A stretch of DNA of 64,000 bases. Source: an uncultured Planctomycetia bacterium. Its GTDB lineage: Bacteria; Planctomycetota; MHYJ01; WSZJ01; CAZWCX01. Below the pieces are notes generated by a model that saw nothing but the letters and a program-made list of their open reading frames with translations, did no database searches and was not told the origin of the DNA. Positions 39,354 through 48,103 of this stretch are shown here, in pieces. Position numbers and translations under genes: made by a program. The stretch covers positions 30,088 through 94,087 of the forward strand of contig CAZWCX010000007.1 of assembly GCA_964632945.1 (NCBI GenBank). The letters are read 5' to 3'. Numbering within the stretch: the stretch's first letter is position 1; every line of letters starts with the position of its first letter.

Positions 39354-40694
39354 TCAACGGTCCTCGGCCGCGGTCTGCAACAGCGTTCGGATGTGGCGGG
39401 CCCGAATGGCGTAGCCCAGACCGGTTTCGCCGGCGATCTTGCTGACCGCGATGGCGATCAGTTCGCCGCGACGATTCACCACGGGGGCGCCGCTGATTCC
39501 CCCCTGGATCGTCCCGCCCAGGTGCAGGTACTGGTCCACCCGCCGCAGCGGCGCCGGCGCCACGCTGAGGGCGAGGTCCATTCCCACGAACGCGGTCGGT
39601 CGCGGAAACCCCAGGGTCACCACCGGCTCCGCACCCGGAGCCGGAACCGCCGCGTCCGGCTCCGCAGGCAGGAAGATCGGCGTGGAGTGGATGCCGGGAA
39701 CCCGAAGCAGCGCAATGTCGGCATCCGAGCGGCTCGCATGATAGGGGGAGCTCTTCTCGAGCGGCACGTCCGGGCAGGATGCGACCAACTCCACGACCGA
39801 GGTCTCAACTCCCCAGGTCGGCGAATCCGGATCGAACGTGCCTCCCGGTTCGTGGATGAAGTAGCGCACCTCGAGCAATTCGGGAAAGGGCGCCTTCTCG
39901 GCCCCGTCGTCCGGAAACTTCCAGGGTTGCACCACATGTTTGGCGGTGACGATTCCCCCCGTCGCGTCGACGTAGAACCCGGTGCCGAAGGCGTGACCGG
40001 TCTTGGTGCTGCCGGACGCGGGATCCTTGAACCGGTAGCGGGTCTGAACCAGCACGACGCTGCGCGCATACCGCCGCTGCACCTCGAGCAACGCGGAGTC
40101 CTTGAATCCTTCCGCGCGCGCGAGCGCAAACTCCCGATAGAGCGCGAACACGCCGAACCCGACTCCGCCCATCACCAGGAGCAGGGCCGTGAGGGCGGCG
40201 CCGAACCAGAACTTCAGGCGGCGGTGCGAGTGCTGAAGATCCCGGTAGAGGTTGCGGACGAAAACGGCGGTGCGTTCGATGCCTCGGGCAGGCTTGCTCG
40301 TGGACAGCGCGCGCGTGATCAACGCGCGCATCGTCTTGGGCGGTCCGTCCGCGGCGGAATCGTCCGGGGTCGGGTCCACCGGGACCGAGAAACACAGCTC
40401 GGCCGGTCGATCCCCGAACGAGATCCGGTCCCCGTTGCGTATCGGCGCGCCTTCCCCGGCCGCGAGCGCCTTGCCGTTGAGCCGCGTCGGCACGGAGCGG
40501 CCGACGGGATAGAGCGTGATCCGGTCGGCGCTTTCGACACAGATCTCGGCCTGGTTCGGTTCCGCGCGAAAACCTGCGTCTTCCGTCAAGACCAGGTCGT
40601 TTCCGGTGCCCGCGCCGAGCCGGATGACGTCGGCCTCGAATTCACCGAGGGTCCGACGGGAGCCTCCCTGGACGCTGCTGAGGACGATCCGCAT
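39354..40694 (-). CDS. FHA domain, transmembrane helix and trypsin-like (S1) serine protease fused in one protein.
   Basis: N-terminal FHA (VIRLGAGTGNDLVLTED...ITLYPVGRSVPTRLNGK...NGDRISFG). Transmembrane helix FGAALTALLLVMGGVGFGVF. Protease catalytic triad context: TAKHVV (His), DIALLRV (Asp) and GGISGAPVV (Ser). Confidence 0.85.
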   Translation of the reverse strand: MRIVLSSVQGGSRRTLGEFEADVIRLGAGTGNDLVLTEDAGFRAEPNQAEICVESADRITLYPVGRSVPTRLNGKALAAGEGAPIRNGDRISFGDRPAELCFSVPVDPTPDDSAADGPPKTMRALITRALSTSKPARGIERTAVFVRNLYRDLQHSHRRLKFWFGAALTALLLVMGGVGFGVFALYREFALARAEGFKDSALLEVQRRYARSVVLVQTRYRFKDPASGSTKTGHAFGTGFYVDATGGIVTAKHVVQPWKFPDDGAEKAPFPELLEVRYFIHEPGGTFDPDSPTWGVETSVVELVASCPDVPLEKSSPYHASRSDADIALLRVPGIHSTPIFLPAEPDAAVPAPGAEPVVTLGFPRPTAFVGMDLALSVAPAPLRRVDQYLHLGGTIQGGISGAPVVNRRGELIAIAVSKIAGETGLGYAIRARHIRTLLQTAAEDR

Positions 40695-40913
40695 TCCCTT
40701 TCCGTAGTCTCTGCCCGCCTCTCATGTCAAGCCTTCGACCCTCGCGTCGCCCGCTTGGGCCATTCGCCTTGCCGGGCACGGTTCCCTCCCGAGCCGGACT
40801 CCGTGGTTGCATCGCCGGGTGGGCATGGCGCCCTCGCTTGCTTGCGCGCCCGTGGGTCCCTCGGCATACTGGGAGATGCCGTTCCTCATCAGGCCGGGAG
40901 GTCGCCGCCCCTC

Positions 40914-42104
40914 ATGCCCTCGGAATCCGAAATCGCCTTCTGCCGCCGCCTGGTCGAGATTTGCTCGTCCTCGGGCATCTCGTTCACCCCGGCGGATGCC
41001 GACCGGATCCTCGCGCGCGTCGACGAGATCGAAAAAACGACCGGTCGACCGGTGTGCGTGGCTGAGATGCTGTTCAAGGACGAGGCCACGGATGTGCCCC
41101 CCTCGGCCATCGCCCGGGTACAGAACGAGCACAAACGCAAGATCGTCCTTTGCCCCACGTGCGGCGCGAAGAACAACGTCTTCGACCGGTCCCGCGAGAA
41201 GGCGGTGAAGTGCCCGGCGTGCCGCGAGATGTTCTATTTCTCGGACGGGCTCTTCCCGGTTGCCGATACCGTCGGCCTGCCCCGGATCGAGGGGTTTGCG
41301 ATCGGTGACCTGATCATGGAAGGCGGGCAGGGGGCCGTCTACCGCGGTACGCGAGCGGCCGATGGCGCGCCCGTGGCCATCAAGATCGTGCAGTGGGGGA
41401 CGATGCACGATCCCTCGGATCGCGACCGGTTCAAACGCGAGGCGGAACTGGCCGCGAGTCTCGATCATCCTGCCATTGTCCGAGTGCTCCACTTCCAGGC
41501 CGCACCGATGCGCGGTATCCTGGTCATGGAGTGGGCCGGGACAAGCGTACAGGATCGGGTCGAAACGGATGGGCCCGATCCGCCGCCGCGCGCGCTGGCC
41601 CTCGGGCGGGCGCTGTTCTCCGGCTTGGCCTACGCGCACGCCCGGGAGATCGTCCACCGCGACATCAAGCCCGCCAACATCATGGTGCGCGAGGACGGTG
41701 CGGTGAAAATCGTCGACCTCGGACTGGCCAAGACCATGGCGTGCACGGGCGTCAGCGGCATTACGCTTTCCGGGGTCGGAATGGGCACACCCGCGTACAT
41801 GCCTCCCGAGCAACTCACGCGCTTTCGCATTCTGGATGCGCGAGCGGATCTGTACGGAGCGGGGGCCACGCTCTACTTCCTGCTCACGGGTCATGCGCCG
41901 TACGAGGGCAAGGGCCCCGCAGAGGTGCAGCGCCGGCTCGCAGAGGGACCGCCGAAGTCGATTCGGTCGTGGCAACCCGCGTTGCCTCCGGCCATCGTTG
42001 CGCTGATCGAGCGCCTGATGGCCCGCGAGCCGGAGCGCCGTCCGGCCGACGCGGGTTCGGTCATCGTCGAAATCGACCGTATCCTGGCGGATTCGGCGCG
42101 CTGA
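40914..42104 (+). CDS. Ser/Thr protein kinase with an N-terminal zinc-ribbon domain. It is divergent from the FHA-protease gene.
   Basis: CPTCGAK...CPACREMF, then GGQGAVYRG, VAIKIV, HRDIKPANIMV, DLGLAK and PPEQ. The ATG is in-frame inside the long track ORF 39333..42104 and was verified at 40914-40916. Confidence 0.85.
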   Translation: MPSESEIAFCRRLVEICSSSGISFTPADADRILARVDEIEKTTGRPVCVAEMLFKDEATDVPPSAIARVQNEHKRKIVLCPTCGAKNNVFDRSREKAVKCPACREMFYFSDGLFPVADTVGLPRIEGFAIGDLIMEGGQGAVYRGTRAADGAPVAIKIVQWGTMHDPSDRDRFKREAELAASLDHPAIVRVLHFQAAPMRGILVMEWAGTSVQDRVETDGPDPPPRALALGRALFSGLAYAHAREIVHRDIKPANIMVREDGAVKIVDLGLAKTMACTGVSGITLSGVGMGTPAYMPPEQLTRFRILDARADLYGAGATLYFLLTGHAPYEGKGPAEVQRRLAEGPPKSIRSWQPALPPAIVALIERLMAREPERRPADAGSVIVEIDRILADSAR

Positions 42105-42607
42105 GTCGCGCGGGTGATTTGTCCGGCGCTGCGCGCGGCAGGCGACGGTCACCGGGATTCGACGGTCCGTGGAACGCGGGGGCGAACCGGTCCCGCCGGA
42201 CGGGGCCGGCCACCCGGTCCGCGTCCCCGGACCTCCGGATGGCGGTGGTTGTCATGGATCGAAATGACGCGCGCGAACCGGCGCGGTCTGCGCGACGGGT
42301 CGTCGCCTACCTCGCCTGGCTCGCGGAGAGCGGCCCCGGACGCGTCGAGCGCTCCCGCTCGAACAATCATGGAACCTGGCACGACGTCCAAACGGCCGCG
42401 TTCGCGTTCGTCTGCGGGCAGCCGCGGAAGGCCCGGGAGGATTGAAGCCTTACACCCCGCGGCGGGGACGAACGCGACGGCGGACGATCGAGCGCGCCTC
42501 ACCGCATCGCCGTCGCCTCACCAAGGCCTCTTGCGGCCACTCCACCCGAAGCGATAGCATGTCCGCATCGGCGCGCACGCATCCCCCCTCGAGCGAAAAG
42601 GGCTGCC

Positions 42608-43492
42608 ATGCCATCGCGAAGACTCCTCATCGCCGGAGGCGTCCTGTTGGCCGCGATCTTCGTCGCCCAGACCGCGGTCCTCCTGCGGGCGCGTCCCGAG
42701 GCGGACCCCGCGGAGACGGCGGAGATCGCCTCCCTCCGCGCCGATGTCCGGGCGTTGACCCAGGCGCACGCCCAGGCGCAGGCGCGGCTCGAGCGAATCG
42801 AGGAAGCGACGGCCCGCAGCGCGTCCCTGCTGGCCGAAGTCAGAGCCTGGACGGAAGCGCAGGAATCGTATCTCCGTTCGGCCGCCATCGCCGCCTCCTC
42901 CACGCCCACCCCCGTCGGCTCGACGGGGTCGGATCGCTCCACCGACGAGGCCGGCGACCCGAGCGATCGCGGGACCGGCAAGGCGGGGATCTCCGAAGTC
43001 CTCGACCGGCTGGCGCGCATGGAGAAGAAACTCGGCCGGCGCAAGGGGGGCGAGGAGTGGAAGCCGACGGTGGCCGAGCTCGACGAGGCGCTCGATCTGG
43101 AGCCGCATCAGGAGTCCGGGCTGGTGCAGACCGCCAATCGCGCCAAGGACGAATTGATGGCGCTGGCGCGAGTCCCGCGCGCGGACGGCGGCACTTTCCT
43201 CGACGACTTCGCGGACGCGATCAACGAGTCCAAGAGCAATCCCGCGGCGGCCCAGGCGGCGTACGGGGCGCTGATCGCCCGCCTCATGGTCGAGAAAGTC
43301 CCCGGACGGAACGGGACGTACTTCGCCGAGATTGTCGCCTTGTCGGCGCAGGCGCATCGCGAGTTCCAGTCCACCCTGACTCCGGAGCAATATCAGGAAC
43401 TCCAGGAGCGGGACGTCGACGTCTTCGGCATCAAGACCGGATATGATCCCATCGGCGATTACGCGGCCGCGCGGGTCCCGCGGCGCAAGTGA
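42608..43492 (+). CDS. Membrane-anchored hypothetical protein.
   Basis: An N-terminal transmembrane helix (LLIAGGVLLAAIFVAQTAVLL), followed by helical, charged sequence. Confidence 0.6.
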   Translation: MPSRRLLIAGGVLLAAIFVAQTAVLLRARPEADPAETAEIASLRADVRALTQAHAQAQARLERIEEATARSASLLAEVRAWTEAQESYLRSAAIAASSTPTPVGSTGSDRSTDEAGDPSDRGTGKAGISEVLDRLARMEKKLGRRKGGEEWKPTVAELDEALDLEPHQESGLVQTANRAKDELMALARVPRADGGTFLDDFADAINESKSNPAAAQAAYGALIARLMVEKVPGRNGTYFAEIVALSAQAHREFQSTLTPEQYQELQERDVDVFGIKTGYDPIGDYAAARVPRRK

Positions 43493-43590
43493 CCCCGTTT
43501 CCACCGGTCCGAAATGGGCGGCGACCGCGTGGGAATTCCCACCTTCCGGAGCCCGGGCCTTCGGAGGCATTCGATGCGATCCTTCGCCTG

Positions 43591-44290
43591 ATGTTTCCCG
43601 TCCTCCTCGCCCTGCCCATGACCGCTCCGGCGCAGTCCCCTCCCACGCGCGACCCGTCCGAGCTGGCCGCCCGATCGAGTGCCTCCGGGCCGCCGATGTC
43701 GCCTGGCGGAAAATCCCCTGGAAAAGTTGCCTCTTCGACGGCTTGCGGGAGTCCAGGGCGTCGGGAAAGCCGATTCTTCTTTGGGTCTTCATCGACCGTC
43801 CGGTCGAGGACGAGCGTTGCCGAGTCTTCGCCGGCGCTGCCCGTGAGGCGGTCTTCAGCCGGTCCGACGTCCTCGAACGGGTGCGGTCCGGGTTCGTCCC
43901 CGTGGCCCTGGAGGCCGCCCCGGTCAACCGGCCGGCGGCCGGAGAGGAGGGAGCGCTCTACGCGGAGATCGGGCGGTCCAAGCCGGCTCCGCAGGGGACC
44001 TGCGCGATCAACTCCGCCGGTATTGCGCTCGAGTGGCAGGGGACCCCGGAGGCGGAGGCCGCGGACCGCGACGAGACGGTGGCCTTCGTCGAGCCCCGGG
44101 ACATTCGGGCCCGGGTCGACCGGGTTCACGCCGGGATCCGACGCATGCAAGCGGGAGGTCTTGATCCGTCCCCGGTGATGAGGATCCGGCGGGAATTCGA
44201 GCCGCGCATGCAAGCCGGTCGGTTGGAGGAGGGCCTGTCAGGTCCTGGAACGCGCGCTGGATGCCCTGGAGCGGGAGTTGGGGAAGGATT
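43591..44290 (+). pseudogene. Thioredoxin-like (DUF255/Thioredoxin_7-type) gene with apparent frameshifts. The signal peptide and the domain lie in different frames.
   Basis: Signal-peptide-like MFPVLLALPMTAPAQ sits in one frame from 43591. The domain WRKIPWKSCLFDGLRESRASGKPILLWVFIDRPVEDERCRVF...FVPVALE sits in the frame of track ORF 43443..44639. A plausible C-terminal helix (QVLERALDALERELGKD) ending at 44290 is in a third frame. Confidence 0.35.
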
Positions 44291-44359
44291 GACGGGGGCG
44301 GCCCCGATCTCCATGCTGGGCCCGCGGGTTGTCAAGTTCCGTCTCGCCGGGGAGGGCCC

Positions 44360-44806
44360 ATGGACCCGATGGATCCGCAGGTATGGCTGCGTTTCGCGTG
44401 CTACGGTCTGCTGGGCTGGGGCGCAGAAATCCTCTGGACGGGAGTCAAGCCGCTGCGGCGGCGTCCGATCGACTGGCGTCTCCCCGGGGACACCTCGCTC
44501 TGGATGTTCCCGATCTACGGGCTCTCGGCGTTCCTGTTCGAGCCGATCCACGAACTCCTGCGCGTCTGCGCCTGGCCGGCGCGCGCGGCCGCCTACGTGG
44601 CCGGCATCTGGATCATCGAGTATCTCACGTCCTGGCTGATCGAGCGCGCCGTCGGGTCCCCGCCGTGGGACTACTCGTACGCCCGCTGGAATCTGCACGG
44701 ACGAATCCGCTGGGACTACGCTCCGCTCTGGGTGCTCTTCGGGCTGCTGCTGGAACGAGTTCATGACGCCCTCCTGCGGGCCGGTCCGACCCTGCTCGGG
44801 ACCTGA
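44360..44806 (+). CDS. Small integral membrane protein.
   Basis: Four hydrophobic helices (WLRFACYGLLGWGAEILW, MFPIYGLSAFLF, AAYVAGIWIIEYL, PLWVLFGLLL). The ATG was verified at 44360. Confidence 0.6.
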   Translation: MDPMDPQVWLRFACYGLLGWGAEILWTGVKPLRRRPIDWRLPGDTSLWMFPIYGLSAFLFEPIHELLRVCAWPARAAAYVAGIWIIEYLTSWLIERAVGSPPWDYSYARWNLHGRIRWDYAPLWVLFGLLLERVHDALLRAGPTLLGT

Positions 44807-44909
44807 GCCGGGGCGGCGCGTCCGCAGGAGAGCGCGATCCCGGCCCTTGAGCCGTCCGCTCGGGCGGGATACAATCGGCCGTCCCGCGAACGATGGAGGA
44901 AGACTCCGC

Positions 44910-45752
44910 ATGGCCGACCAGGACCGATTCGAAGGCGCCCGTCGCTACGTGCTCGACGACGAGCTGGCGAAAATCGTGAACGTCAGCATCGCCCTGGAGA
45001 TGCCCCTGCTGATCAAGGGCGAACCGGGCACCGGAAAGACCATGCTCGCCCACGCAATCGCCGAGAGCCTGGGGATGAAGCTCGTCATCCTCAACGTCAA
45101 GTCGAGCATGAAGCTGGTCGATGCGCTCTATCAGTACGATACGCTGACGCGGCTCAACGACTCGCGCTTCGGCGACTCCAAGCGAAACGTCGCCGACATC
45201 GCCGAGTACATCCGCATGGGAAAAATCGGCCAGGCCTTCACGGCGGATGAGCGCGTGGTGTTGCTGATCGACGAGATCGACAAGGCCGACACCGATTTCC
45301 AGGACGACATGCTCGACGTTCTGGACCAGATGTCGTTCGACATCCTGGAGATCGACCGGACGGTCCGGGCACGGCACCGTCCCGTCATCCTGATCACCAG
45401 CAACGCCAAGAAGGACCTGTCGGACCCGTTCCTCGGCCGCTGCAACTTCCATCACATCGCGTTCCCGGACGCCGAGATGATGAGACGGATCGTGCAGGCG
45501 CACTATCCCGACATCGAGCGCGAACTGCAGGAGGGCGCGGTGCGGGCCTTCTACGCTCTGCGCGAGCTCCCCGACCTCGAGAAGCGGCCGGCGACGCGCG
45601 AGCTCCTCAACTGGATCCGCGCGCTCCGCGCCGATCCGGAGTTCAAGGCGAAGGGCCTCGGGCGCGGCGGCGCGCCGTTCCTGGGCGTCCTGTTCAAGAA
45701 GAGCCGGGATCTCGACATTGCCCTCACCCATGCCCCGCGCCTGAAACTCTGA
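44910..45752 (+). CDS. MoxR-like AAA+ ATPase of the CbbQ/NirQ/NorQ/CoxD subfamily.
   Basis: Walker A motif GEPGTGKT, Walker B motif VLLIDEIDKA and sensor region ILITSNAK. The ATG was verified at 44910. Confidence 0.9.
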   Translation: MADQDRFEGARRYVLDDELAKIVNVSIALEMPLLIKGEPGTGKTMLAHAIAESLGMKLVILNVKSSMKLVDALYQYDTLTRLNDSRFGDSKRNVADIAEYIRMGKIGQAFTADERVVLLIDEIDKADTDFQDDMLDVLDQMSFDILEIDRTVRARHRPVILITSNAKKDLSDPFLGRCNFHHIAFPDAEMMRRIVQAHYPDIERELQEGAVRAFYALRELPDLEKRPATRELLNWIRALRADPEFKAKGLGRGGAPFLGVLFKKSRDLDIALTHAPRLKL

Positions 45753-45766
45753 CGTCGATCCGGGGA

Positions 45767-46960
45767 TTGCGCATGTTCGCCGCGTTCTTCCACCAGATGA
45801 AAGCCGAAGGCGTGCCGGTGACGCCGACGTCTTTTCTCCGCCTTCATCGGGCGCTTCAGCTCGGCCTCGTCGGCTCGCTCCACGACTTCTATGCCGCCGC
45901 TCGGACCATCCTGGTCAAGAGCGAGCGGCACTTCGACGTCTATGACCGGCTCTTCGCCCACCACTTCCACGGGGCGGAGTTCGTCCATCCCGCGGACGAG
46001 GAGCTGGCGGATGCCGTCAAGGCGCTCCTGTCCGAATGGCTGGCCGATCCTGCGGCTCTCGCCGGCCTGCTCGATCTGCCGAGGGAGAAGATCGAGAGCC
46101 TGACCCCCGACGAACTGATTCAGTACTTTCTCGACCGCTTGAAGGAGCAGAAAGGGCGGCACCAGGGCGGGTCCAAGTGGATCGGGACCGGTGGAACGTC
46201 GCCGGTCGGGCACTCGGGCCGGCATCCCGGCGGGATGCGCGTGGGCGGTGTGGGCGGCGGGCGCTCGGCGGTCAAGGTGGCGATGGAACGCCGATATCGC
46301 GATTACTCCCAGTCCGGTCCGCTCACCCAGGCGCAGATCGGGGAGGCCCTGAAGCGACTGCGCCGGCTCGTCCCGGCCGGACCCCGCGACTTCCTGGACA
46401 TCGACGGCACCATCGATCGGACCACGCGCAACGGCGGCGAAATCGACCTCGTCTTCGATCGCAGCCTCCGCGACCGGCTCGAGGTGGTGCTCGCCATCGA
46501 CAACGGCGGCTGGTCGATGGACCCGTACGTCGGAATGGTGCAGGTGCTCTTCGACTACGCGCGCGATCAGTTCAAGCGGCTCCGCACCTTCTTCTTCCAC
46601 AACACGATCTACGGGCGGGTGTGGGAAGACCCGGAGCGCTGGCGCAAGCCGATGGCCACCGAGGACTTCGCCCGCTTCGACCGCGAGACGCGCCTGATCC
46701 TCGTCGGGGACGCGAGCATGGCGGGGTGGGAACTCAACGGACACCACGGCTCGATCCGCGCCGAGGAGCGCTCGGGCATCCCGAGCAGCCGACGCCTGAA
46801 GTTCCTCGCCGAGACGTTTCCTCACGCGGTCTGGCTCAATCCGGTCCCGGCGGACCATTGGTACTTCGCCGGCACGATCGCGCAAATCGGCGCGATCTTC
46901 CCGATGTTCGAACTGTCGCTCGACGGCCTGGAAGAGGCGGTGAAGCGGCTGCAAGGTTGA
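45767..46960 (+). CDS. CoxE-like VWA-domain protein, the canonical partner of CoxD/MoxR ATPases.
   Basis: It starts 14 nt after the MoxR gene. The C-terminal VWA-like region (DLVFDRSLRD...LAIDNGGWSMDP) and overall layout match the VWA_CoxE family. Confidence 0.8.
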   Translation: MRMFAAFFHQMKAEGVPVTPTSFLRLHRALQLGLVGSLHDFYAAARTILVKSERHFDVYDRLFAHHFHGAEFVHPADEELADAVKALLSEWLADPAALAGLLDLPREKIESLTPDELIQYFLDRLKEQKGRHQGGSKWIGTGGTSPVGHSGRHPGGMRVGGVGGGRSAVKVAMERRYRDYSQSGPLTQAQIGEALKRLRRLVPAGPRDFLDIDGTIDRTTRNGGEIDLVFDRSLRDRLEVVLAIDNGGWSMDPYVGMVQVLFDYARDQFKRLRTFFFHNTIYGRVWEDPERWRKPMATEDFARFDRETRLILVGDASMAGWELNGHHGSIRAEERSGIPSSRRLKFLAETFPHAVWLNPVPADHWYFAGTIAQIGAIFPMFELSLDGLEEAVKRLQG

Positions 46961-47029
46961 CGGGACCGGCCGGCGGGGCTCCTCTCCCTCTTGCGTCGCC
47001 CGTCCGCCGCGCGCTATCGTACGCTCGCC

Positions 47030-48103
47030 ATGCTCTCCTCTCTCGATCCCCGACCGATCCAGGACCCGTACCGCGCCGCCGTCTACCGAGGGGTGTTTCA
47101 CGCCGCGGGGCTCTACAACCTCGCCTTCGGGGCATGGGCGGGACTCGATCCCTCGGCCTTCTTCCACTGGATGGAGATCGACCCGCCCCGGTATCCGGCC
47201 ATCTGGCAATGCCTGGGCATGGTGGTCGGGCTCTATGGGCTGGCCTACTCCTGGGCGGCCGAGCGGCTGGAGCTCGGCCGCCCGCTCATCGCGATCGGTC
47301 TCCTGGGCAAGGTGCTGGGGCCGTTCGGATTGATCTTCACCGTGCAGTCGGGGGAATGGCCGCTTCGCACCGGGATGCTCTGCGTCTTCAACGACCTGGT
47401 CTGGTGGGTTCCCTTCGGCCTGTACCTGCTCGAAGGGACGCGGGCGGGTGCGGCGGTGCGGGCGGGGGCGGTCTGGCCGTGCGTCGCGCTGCACGCGATC
47501 GCGGCCCCGGCCACGCTGTTCCTGCTTCAGGGGGGCAGCGAGGTCGTTCCGGACGCCGCACAGCGGATCGCGTACATCCGCGACCATGCCGTCGCCTGGC
47601 GCGCGGGTTGGGCGCTCTGGATGTTGAGCGCGGTCAGCCTGCTCGGATTCTACGCCTGGTGGGGGGCGCGGACCGGCAGGCCGCGGGCGGCGCACGTCGC
47701 GCTGGCGATCGCCGCCGTCGGTATGGGGTTCGACCTCTTCACGGAAGCCCTCTACATCGGGTGGTTGCCGCGCCACTTCGAAACGATTGCGCCGATGGGC
47801 ACCCTCCTCTCCGCGGGCGTGGCCAACGGACTCTACAGCGTGGCGGGGGTGATCCTGACCCGCAGCCACGCCGGATTGCCGCGCGCGTTGCGGGCGATCG
47901 CGTGGGCGGTCTGGGTGGGAGGATTCGGCCTCACGGCCAGCGCGCTGGCCGGCTGGGTGCCGGGATTGGTGGGGTTCTCCGCGGTGATCATGACCCTCTT
48001 CACGCCATGGTGCGCGGCCGTGGGCTGGGTGTTCCGGGAGGGGCGACGACCGGTCGCGGAGCCGGAACCCGTGCCGGGAATCGCGCCGGAGTCGAGCCCG
48101 TGA
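47030..48103 (+). CDS. Hypothetical polytopic membrane protein. It may instead start at the TTG at 46991.
   Basis: Eight to ten hydrophobic helices with no catalytic motif. Its stop overlaps the next gene's GTG as GTGA. Confidence 0.55.
   Translation: MLSSLDPRPIQDPYRAAVYRGVFHAAGLYNLAFGAWAGLDPSAFFHWMEIDPPRYPAIWQCLGMVVGLYGLAYSWAAERLELGRPLIAIGLLGKVLGPFGLIFTVQSGEWPLRTGMLCVFNDLVWWVPFGLYLLEGTRAGAAVRAGAVWPCVALHAIAAPATLFLLQGGSEVVPDAAQRIAYIRDHAVAWRAGWALWMLSAVSLLGFYAWWGARTGRPRAAHVALAIAAVGMGFDLFTEALYIGWLPRHFETIAPMGTLLSAGVANGLYSVAGVILTRSHAGLPRALRAIAWAVWVGGFGLTASALAGWVPGLVGFSAVIMTLFTPWCAAVGWVFREGRRPVAEPEPVPGIAPESSP

Noticed and set aside
39333-40913. N-terminal 527 codons of track ORF 39333..42104.
   Set aside because: This part is antisense to the FHA-protease gene. 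The real kinase gene begins at the in-frame ATG at 40914-40916, which is preceded by a plausible leader.
40722-42152. 476-aa minus-strand ORF.
   Set aside because: It is antisense to the zinc-ribbon Ser/Thr kinase, whose Gly-loop, VAIK, HRD and DLG motifs are all intact. Its composition is Arg-rich.
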